Origin: Bacteroidales bacterium
GTDB taxonomy: Bacteria > Bacteroidota > Bacteroidia > Bacteroidales > P3
Length of the DNA: 64,000 bases
Direction of reading: 5' to 3'
Assembly (NCBI GenBank): GCA_017480185.1
Contig: JAFVBC010000008.1
Span: forward strand, 114,889 to 178,888
The number at the start of each line of letters is the position of its first letter. Within the stretch, counting starts at the first letter, position 1. Position numbers and translations under genes: made by a program. The notes beneath the pieces are model-generated. The model had not been told where the DNA came from and ran no database searches. It was given only the letters and a program-made list of their open reading frames with translations. Positions 57,440-64,000 of this stretch are shown here, piece by piece.

Positions 57440-58317
57440 TCCCTGTCAAGATAGTTGTCCACCTCGTCGGGTGTTGGCCGACCGTCATTTATAAATTCAA
57501 GGTCTTCAATTTTACTTGAGTCTACCTTAAAGTCGTTTATCATTTTGGCAATATCGTTGTCGTCGGCATCAATATACCATAGTTCAATGGCAGTTCCGAG
57601 TGGGTATTTTGACCCCCCTGTGTAGTCTGGCTCTTGTCTGTACACTACTGCTGCCGACTTGTCTCTGACTCCATTAAAGTGTTCGACACCAGTGTTGAAC
57701 GAGGCTGTCAGGATGTCCCGTCGGGCCTGTTGCTGATTTTTACCTATAACAAATGGTACGGTACTTCGGCTGTCCCCCTCCCCGAGGCCTACAACGAGGT
57801 CAACCCTTGAATTTTTCTTCATTTTTTGACCCGTGCTGACAGGTTTCCCATTTTGGGTTTGTTCGAGGACGTTGTTTTTATACGGGTCGGAAACAAACTT
57901 CAGTCTACCTGCATCAAGACCACAATTACGCAACTCTGACACTGCTTGTCGCACGGTGAGTCCAATTAAATCGGGCATTATAGCATCGCCAGCATCGGCA
58001 GCGGTAATGGTAATGTAGACCTTTCGTCCGCTTTTTATCCATGTGTCGGCTTTAGGATCTTGCGTCAATATTACGCCCGGGTCAGTCCCCTTTTGGTATA
58101 CAGAATCCATTACGACAAAGTGCAGCCCTATATTGTCGGTTGCTTTGGCATCCTCAAGTGTCGTCCCTACCATGTCTGGGATTTGGTATTCGTGTCCCTG
58201 ACGGGCATAAATCCTTATAAAAATAAACACCACGATGAGCACTGCCACCGATATGCCGAGCATAATTAGCAAGTGAAGCACCCACGGAAAACGTTTGAAA
58301 AACTTTTCTTTCGCCAT
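57433..58317 (-). CDS. PASTA domain-containing membrane protein
   Basis: 294 aa. N-terminal TM (WVLHLLIMLGISVAVLIVVFIFI) then repeated PASTA-like units (IPDMVGTTLEDAKA..., MPDLIGLTVRQAVSELRNCGL..., VPFVIGKNQQQARRDIL...). Confidence 0.75.
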   Translation of the reverse strand: MAKEKFFKRFPWVLHLLIMLGISVAVLIVVFIFIRIYARQGHEYQIPDMVGTTLEDAKATDNIGLHFVVMDSVYQKGTDPGVILTQDPKADTWIKSGRKVYITITAADAGDAIMPDLIGLTVRQAVSELRNCGLDAGRLKFVSDPYKNNVLEQTQNGKPVSTGQKMKKNSRVDLVVGLGEGDSRSTVPFVIGKNQQQARRDILTASFNTGVEHFNGVRDKSAAVVYRQEPDYTGGSKYPLGTAIELWYIDADDNDIAKMINDFKVDSSKIEDLEFINDGRPTPDEVDNYLDREW

Positions 58318-58369
58318 ATATTCAAATCGGTAACGTCGTGTACAAGGCTTTTATTGTGCAAAGTTGGTT

Positions 58370-59680
58370 CTAATCAGCAAGCTTGCCAATCAATGTTGCT
58401 GCCGTGCAACTCTCTACAATCGTACGTCGATAAGTGCCAGGAATAGCATCTCTCTTATCAAACACAATCACCTTGTTTTGGCTGTTTCGGCCAAACAGCT
58501 GACTTTTGTTCCTGTGAGAAACTCCCTCAACCAGCACTTCATATTCGCGCCCAATTTCTTTTTGGTTATTCTCAAGAGCAATCTCACCCTGCAATTTAAT
58601 TATCTCATTCAGGCGACGTGTCTTTTCTTCCTCGCCAACATCATCGTGCATGTGTCTATGGGCGTAGGTGTTTGGTCGCATGGAGTATTTGAACATATAA
58701 GCGTAGTCGTAGCGCACTTGGCGAAAGAGGTCGAGGGTTGCCTGGTGGTCGTCGAGTGTTTCACCGCAAAAACCTGCTATCACGTCGGTTGTGATGGAAC
58801 AGTCGGGAATATATTTCCGTATGGCATCAACTCTCTCAAGATACCACTCAATGGTGTAGTGGCGGTTCATGGCTTTGAGCATGTGATTGCTGCCGCTCTG
58901 AACTGGCAGATGAATACAGCGGCAGATATTGCTGTGTGCAGCCATTGCTTGCAGCAGTTTATCGCTCAAGTCTTTGGGATGCGACGTGGCAAAACGAACC
59001 CTTAAATCGGGCGAGATGGCTGCAACGTCTTCAATCAGTTGAGGAAAGTCATAGTTATCGCAGTTATAAGAGTTGACGTTCTGTCCCAATAGGGTTACTT
59101 CTCGGTAGCCCTGTTGCCACAGCTTCCGCGCCTCGTCAACTATTGTTTGTGGCTGACGACTGCGTTCTCTTCCTCGGGTGTAGGGCACCACGCAGTAGGT
59201 GCAATAGTTTTGGCAGCCACGCATTATGGAAATATAGGCCGAAATCCCATTACTCGCCAGCCTCACTGGTTCTATGTCGGCATAAGTCTCTGTCTGACTC
59301 AATTCGGTCTCGGCTGCTTTTTGCCCCTGTCGCACCTGCTGCAATATTGAGGGCAACTGCCTGTATGCGTCGGGCCCAACCACAAACGACACATTCTCTT
59401 CTTCGCTCATAAGTTGGCTTTGCAGCCTCTCAGCCATACAACCCAGTATGCCAATGCGCATTTGTCTACGCTTGTTTTGCTGGGCTTTCAACTCTCTCAC
59501 ACGGTGTCTTACCCGCTGTTCGGCATTGTCGCGTATGGCACACGTGTTTATAAGTACAAAATCGGCTTGCTCTATGTCGTCTGTTAGGGCATAGTTGTTG
59601 GTCTTCAATATCGCACCTACGACTTCGCTATCGGCAAAATTCATTTGGCAGCCGTAGGTTTCAATCAGCACTTTCTCCAT
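58370..59680 (-). CDS. miaB: Radical-SAM methylthiotransferase, MiaB family
   Basis: 436 aa. N-terminal MTTase domain ETYGCQMNFADSE. The radical SAM cysteine triad lies in SIMRGCQNYCTYCVVP. A C-terminal TRAM-like domain is present. Confidence 0.8.
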   Translation of the reverse strand: MEKVLIETYGCQMNFADSEVVGAILKTNNYALTDDIEQADFVLINTCAIRDNAEQRVRHRVRELKAQQNKRRQMRIGILGCMAERLQSQLMSEEENVSFVVGPDAYRQLPSILQQVRQGQKAAETELSQTETYADIEPVRLASNGISAYISIMRGCQNYCTYCVVPYTRGRERSRQPQTIVDEARKLWQQGYREVTLLGQNVNSYNCDNYDFPQLIEDVAAISPDLRVRFATSHPKDLSDKLLQAMAAHSNICRCIHLPVQSGSNHMLKAMNRHYTIEWYLERVDAIRKYIPDCSITTDVIAGFCGETLDDHQATLDLFRQVRYDYAYMFKYSMRPNTYAHRHMHDDVGEEEKTRRLNEIIKLQGEIALENNQKEIGREYEVLVEGVSHRNKSQLFGRNSQNKVIVFDKRDAIPGTYRRTIVESCTAATLIGKLAD

Positions 59681-59733
59681 TTAGAGGTTTGGTGTTCAAT
59701 TGGTTTTGTCCTGTACACTACAGGCCTTTTAAG

Positions 59734-59774
59734 CACAAAAGTACATTTTTTAGAGCGGAATGTGTACTTTTGTG
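59734..59774. promoter_or_regulatory. 12-bp perfect inverted repeat in the miaB / 59777 divergent intergenic region; candidate operator or 5'UTR hairpin
   Basis: CACAAAAGTACA-(17 nt)-TGTACTTTTGTG ends 2 nt before the GTG start at 59777. Confidence 0.35.
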
Positions 59775-59776
59775 GG

Positions 59777-61021
59777 GTGAAAAAGTTACTTTTTTTCTTG
59801 CTTGTTGCGTGTTGCATTGTTGGCGCAGAAGCGCAGCATGCTACCGATTCGGTCGCTGCACCCTGGGTTAAAAGCATTTTTCTTACCCGACAAGGCATCG
59901 ATCTTGAACCTCCTATATTGACGGTTGGTTCGACTGAACAACTTGATTTGCAGTTCGATATTCTGGTCGAACAGCCAATAGCCTTGCGCTACACCATCGT
60001 GCATTGCGATGCCAACTGGGAGGTCGACGACCTTCTTCCATCCGATTTTATGACAGGGTTTGAGAGTGAGGTGATAGAACAATACGACTTTTCTTTCACC
60101 ACACTCACACCGTTCGTTCACTACAGGCAGACGTTACCAGCTCGGTATTCCACATTTACCCATTCTGGCAACTACGCCCTGCGGGTGTTTATCGACGAGC
60201 ATCCAGATAGCATTCTTTTCGTTAGGCGGTTTTATGTAACCGAGCAGGCTTTGGATGTCAACGCCACCATTGGGCGCCCTGTCGATGGACTGTCCATCGA
60301 GCGGCGGCAGCAAGTCGACGTTTGTCTTTCTTCCGACGATGTTTTGCCCAACCCTCAATATGTAAAGGTAAAGGTTCAGCAAAACGGACGCACCGACAAC
60401 GAGCGTCTTTTGCAGTTCTCGGGCTACAATCGCGATGGCATGTGCTACCGCCAACGTGAGGCTAATGTGTTTTGGGGCGGTAACAATTTTAGATATTTCG
60501 ATGTGAGCAACCTGCGGACACCAGCATATAACGTGCAACAAATATCCGACTATGGAGGCGAACTATTAGCTCTTTTGCGCCCCGACGAGAATCGTTCGCG
60601 CAACCATTTTGTGAGCCAAACCACATTGAACGGGGGGATGAAGGTGAACGCTTTCGATCGGAGCAACAAAACTCTTGAAGCCGATTATGTGTGGGTCGGA
60701 TTCTCTTTACCCGCCACTACTCCCTACCTTGATGGTAGCGTGCACGTGGTTGGGCAGTTGACCGACTGGCGCATCGACAGCACAAGTCGCATGGACTACG
60801 ACCCCCACTTGCGAGCCTACACCAAACGTCTGCTTCTTAAGCAGGGCTACTATTCCTATCAACTTCTTTTCTTGCCCGTAGACACCACCGAGGGCGTAAC
60901 CTCGCGCATTGAGGGCGACCATTTTCAAGCCCCCAATATCTACACCGTTTACGTCTACCTGCGTCAGCCTTCCGACCTCGCCGACCGCCTTGTGGCGGTT
61001 AAGCGAGTGGCCGTCCGATAA
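59777..61021 (+). CDS. Secreted hypothetical protein
   Basis: The ORF-track ORF starts at 59645 inside miaB. The in-frame GTG at 59777 gives VKKLLFFLLVACCIVGAEAQ, a signal peptide, and a 414-aa product. No catalytic motif recognised. The start call is uncertain. Confidence 0.5.
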   Translation: MKKLLFFLLVACCIVGAEAQHATDSVAAPWVKSIFLTRQGIDLEPPILTVGSTEQLDLQFDILVEQPIALRYTIVHCDANWEVDDLLPSDFMTGFESEVIEQYDFSFTTLTPFVHYRQTLPARYSTFTHSGNYALRVFIDEHPDSILFVRRFYVTEQALDVNATIGRPVDGLSIERRQQVDVCLSSDDVLPNPQYVKVKVQQNGRTDNERLLQFSGYNRDGMCYRQREANVFWGGNNFRYFDVSNLRTPAYNVQQISDYGGELLALLRPDENRSRNHFVSQTTLNGGMKVNAFDRSNKTLEADYVWVGFSLPATTPYLDGSVHVVGQLTDWRIDSTSRMDYDPHLRAYTKRLLLKQGYYSYQLLFLPVDTTEGVTSRIEGDHFQAPNIYTVYVYLRQPSDLADRLVAVKRVAVR

Positions 61022-61027
61022 GGACTG

Positions 61028-62239
61028 CTAAACGCATGTCAGCAACACCATCAGCTGTGCGGTCAACACCCGTAGAAACATGGATAGGGGATAGACCGTC
61101 GTATAGGCTATGCTGGCTTGGCTGCCACCGCAAATATCGTTGCTGTAGGCCAGTGCTGGGGGGTCGGTGGTAGCACCGCTTATCAAACCCGCAATAGTGA
61201 AATAACTCAATTTGCAACCCCATCGGGCAATGGCACCCACAAGCAACAATGGCACCATCGTTATCACAACGCCATAAATCACCCACAGGTAGCCTCCATT
61301 CACTATGGCTTGAATAAAACCTTGACCAGCCCCAAGCCCCACGGCAGCCATAAACATGCTTATTCCAATCTGCCGTATCATCAAGTTGGCCGACTCGGTG
61401 GTGTAGGTGTTGATGTGTAGTTTCGGACCAAAATAAGTGAGCAAAATTGACACGATCAAAGGCCCTCCTGCCAATCCTATCTTTATTGGCATGGCAATGC
61501 CGGGCACTTTCAGTGGCAGCACCCCGAGTATCACCCCCAGCATGATACCTATGAATATGAAGAAAAGGTTGGGTTGATGAGTCTTCTCGCCCATCTCGCT
61601 GTCAAGTCGTCGCTGCAGATTTATACCGTTGCGGTCGGCATTTTTTCGGTAGAGGGCATTTTCGCGGTCTATATCGATGCGAAAGAATATTCGTAGCAGG
61701 GTGATACTCAGTATGATGCCAATCACACCCAGTGGGTAAGCCACAGCGTAGCCCTGCGCAAAAAGCACGTTTGTCTCACCGTTGCTCAAATCGGCAAAGG
61801 TCTGTTGTGCTGCACCCAAGCCGGGGGTGTTGGTTGCGGCACCATACAGCACGCCCACCATAGCCACTGGCGAGGTGTGTGTCAGATGCCCGATCAGTAG
61901 TGTTATGGCGCACCCCATCACCACTATCAATGCGGCCAAGCCATTGAGCAACAGACCTCCCGAGCGGAATGCGGCAAAGAACCGTGGCCCCACCTCGATG
62001 CCTATAGAGTAGATGAAAAGTATCAGTCCAAATTCTTTAACAAACAAAGCCGTCTGCGCATCAATGGTCAGCCCCATTTGCCCTGCTGCTATTCCGGCAA
62101 ACAATATCCAGGTAACGCCCAGGTTTATATGCCCCAGCTTTATGTGGCTCAACGTAAGGCCAACGGCTATTATTAGGGTAATCACCACCAGCGAGTGTGC
62201 CACGCTGTGTTCGGTGAAAAGTTGCACAATCCAGTTCAT
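61028..62239 (-). CDS. YidE/YbjL (AspT)-family putative transporter; short form without TrkA-C domains
   Basis: 403 aa with two homologous roughly 170-aa membrane halves (GxGLxxxGLxL...GLxxxG pattern). They are joined by a roughly 45-aa charged linker. Confidence 0.7.
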   Translation of the reverse strand: MNWIVQLFTEHSVAHSLVVITLIIAVGLTLSHIKLGHINLGVTWILFAGIAAGQMGLTIDAQTALFVKEFGLILFIYSIGIEVGPRFFAAFRSGGLLLNGLAALIVVMGCAITLLIGHLTHTSPVAMVGVLYGAATNTPGLGAAQQTFADLSNGETNVLFAQGYAVAYPLGVIGIILSITLLRIFFRIDIDRENALYRKNADRNGINLQRRLDSEMGEKTHQPNLFFIFIGIMLGVILGVLPLKVPGIAMPIKIGLAGGPLIVSILLTYFGPKLHINTYTTESANLMIRQIGISMFMAAVGLGAGQGFIQAIVNGGYLWVIYGVVITMVPLLLVGAIARWGCKLSYFTIAGLISGATTDPPALAYSNDICGGSQASIAYTTVYPLSMFLRVLTAQLMVLLTCV

Positions 62240-62251
62240 TTTATCGTTGGT

Positions 62252-63628
62252 TTATTCTTGCAACACAAAGTCGGCAATGGCCTGCATCGCTTCGGTGGCA
62301 AAGGTTTCTTCAATGGTAGCATATTCCTGTGGCAGACCGCTTTGGCAGTGCTGCATAAGGTGGTTGAGGTGGGGCATCTGTATGCACATTGCGCGGTGAG
62401 TGGTCAGACTGTCAATCATCTTCAGATTGGGGTCGGGGGGCACCTGTAGGTCAAGCTCTCCAGTAATGGCCAACGTGCGACACTTCACATTGGGCAATAT
62501 CCTTGCCATGTCAATGTTTATGAATGCTTGCATCCACGGCATTTGCAACTGGTTGCGCAGGGCGTAGGCATCGGCTTTGCGCATACCTATTTTGGCTTTA
62601 GTTGGCTCATCAAGATGTGCGGTCAGGCGTTGCATGGTGGCTTGAAAGGCTTTCACGCTGGCTGTCGGTGGCATCTGCATAAGCGAGTCGATGCATGTGG
62701 TTCGAGCGTCGACAGCTGAGCTATCCATGCCCATGGCGGCATATATGGCACGGTTTTGTTGCACCATTACCTCACGTCCCGAGCATCCCTGTCCGCCCAG
62801 CATCACCAGCAGGTGCACGTCGTTGCGTTTGGCCGCCAGCATAGCCGCTATAACCGCCCCCTCGCTGTGCCCAACAATACCGCTGCGCTTGCGGTCTACG
62901 CCTTTCACCTTTAGCATGGCGCGCCACATGGCCTCGGCATCTTCGGCAAACAGGGCGGTGGTGGCACGGTCAAGATTGCCTGTTGAGCGGCCGATGCCAC
63001 GGTCGTCAAACCGTCCCACGGCAACACCGTGGCGTGTGAGATAGTCGGTGAGCACAAGAAACGGATGGTGCCCCAGCAACTCGCAGTCGCGGTTTTGTTG
63101 CCCACTGCCACTTACAAGCATCACCAAGGGGTATTTGCCTTTTGTGCTCGGCAGGGCAACGACACCGCTCATGTGTACTCGGTTGCCTTCACTGTCGGTG
63201 TAGTCGACCTCTACCTCTCGTTCCACAAACGAGTAGGGCACCTGTGGAGTTTGTGGTCGGCGCAGCGTAAACAGCGTGTCGGCTGGTGCAAACACCACCT
63301 CTTCGCGCATCACTCCCTGTCGCCAGCGACCATGCCAGCTACTGTCGGCCGAGCCATAAACCAATGTGGCTCGTAGACCAATGCCACCACACACAATGCG
63401 CAACGTGTCGCCTTGGCGCGAGTAGTCGGTTACCTGTATGGGCAACTTGCTTTGCATCGGACTGTAAAGCTCGGGTGTAGAACTGGGGGCGATGTGCATA
63501 CACAAGGCCAGCCCCGTTTGTTGGCTCCAAGCCGTCCACCAACCCGTTTGAGCAATTGCGTGATTGTGAAATACAAATGCAACTGCCAGTAGAGCAAGCA
63601 GTTTTCCTTTTTTGAGACCGAAAATCAT
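62252..63628 (-). CDS. Secreted alpha/beta-hydrolase
   Basis: 458 aa. Signal peptide MIFGLKKGKLLALLAVAFVFHNHAIAQ. Nucleophile elbow GHSEGA within ...RSGIVGHSEGAVIAAMLAA... Confidence 0.7.
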   Translation of the reverse strand: MIFGLKKGKLLALLAVAFVFHNHAIAQTGWWTAWSQQTGLALCMHIAPSSTPELYSPMQSKLPIQVTDYSRQGDTLRIVCGGIGLRATLVYGSADSSWHGRWRQGVMREEVVFAPADTLFTLRRPQTPQVPYSFVEREVEVDYTDSEGNRVHMSGVVALPSTKGKYPLVMLVSGSGQQNRDCELLGHHPFLVLTDYLTRHGVAVGRFDDRGIGRSTGNLDRATTALFAEDAEAMWRAMLKVKGVDRKRSGIVGHSEGAVIAAMLAAKRNDVHLLVMLGGQGCSGREVMVQQNRAIYAAMGMDSSAVDARTTCIDSLMQMPPTASVKAFQATMQRLTAHLDEPTKAKIGMRKADAYALRNQLQMPWMQAFINIDMARILPNVKCRTLAITGELDLQVPPDPNLKMIDSLTTHRAMCIQMPHLNHLMQHCQSGLPQEYATIEETFATEAMQAIADFVLQE

Positions 63629-63693
63629 CTTTGCAAAGATAGCGTTTTTTTTCGTGGATAATGTTGAGGCAAGCCAAGCCTTGTTTATCGCAG

Positions 63694-64000
63694 CCCCACC
63701 CCTTTATCCCCTCCCAGGAGGGGAAGTTTTTACATTCCTCACAATCCTATGAGGCGTTTCCATACAATCCTATACTCCTGATAGGGCGTATTCTCACTTT
63801 CCCTCTCACTTGGTGAGGGCTCTTTCTCTAACACCTCCCCTCCTGGGAGGGGCTGGGGGTGGGGTGAAATATGGAGTGTAGGAGGGGTGTATCGCAAGTG
63901 AGTGCATACGGCGTTGCTGTTGTAGACCCACCCCTTAATCCCCTCCCAGGGAGGGGACGTTTTTTACATTCCTCACAATCTTGTGGTATGTTTCCATGCA
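63694..64000. repeat. Second cluster of CCCCTCC/GGAGGGG hairpin repeats with a G-quadruplex motif; runs off the window end
   Basis: A roughly 75-bp unit, ccacccctt(t/a)atcccctcccagg(g)agggga(a/c)gtttttt(t)acattcctcacaatc, occurs at 63694 and 63918. Between the two units lie CCTCCCCTCCTGGGAGGGG and a PQS GGGAGGGGCTGGGGGTGGGG (63846-63867). Begins about 65 bp upstream of the hydrolase start. Confidence 0.55.

Overview
This 64-kb window is a chromosomal segment from a Bacteroidota, Bacteroidales-type genome, possibly Prevotella-like. Supporting evidence: about 50% GC, TAnnTTTG-type promoter boxes, little Shine-Dalgarno usage, lipoprotein-rich genes and type IX secretion system (T9SS) genes. It is mostly housekeeping genes: ABC peptide permease, SufE plus DUF59, LptF/G, an AddA/RecB-like helicase-nuclease, TonB, an ABC-F ATPase, TilS, RlmB, a LolD-like ATPase, HutI, RuvB, tandem Usp, LdcA, KdsC, RlpA, ComEC, nitroreductase, RluD, a PASTA protein, MiaB and a tRNA-Val.

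Three things stand out.

1. A complete T9SS core operon, porP-porK-porL-porM-porN plus a tandem porN paralogue, lies in the same window as two T9SS-CTD cargo proteins. One cargo protein is about 3,944 aa, beta-helix-rich, and its stop codon shares a base with the tilS start codon.

2. A compact, relatively AT-rich, six-gene plus-strand operon (31.7-38.7 kb) is the best candidate for an undescribed system. It is headed by a COG4260-type SPFH/band-7 protein with four C-terminal zinc ribbons. It continues with a 4-TM membrane protein, a 662-aa TM/coiled-coil protein, two tandem paralogous coiled-coil proteins and a beta-helix-like protein (Toastrack/bactofilin-like). A strong terminator closes it, and a Upf1/IGHMBP2-like SF1 helicase follows. 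The architecture resembles Psp/Lia-type envelope-stress or flotillin-scaffold modules, but none of the partners is recognisable from sequence.

3. Two intergenic repeat families recur. One is an 80-100-bp nested palindrome built from TTCTTCAG/CTGAAGAA units, present in three copies. The other is two clusters of CCCCTCC-N4-GGAGGGG hairpins carrying canonical G-quadruplex motifs.

No CRISPR array, transposase or integrase was seen.
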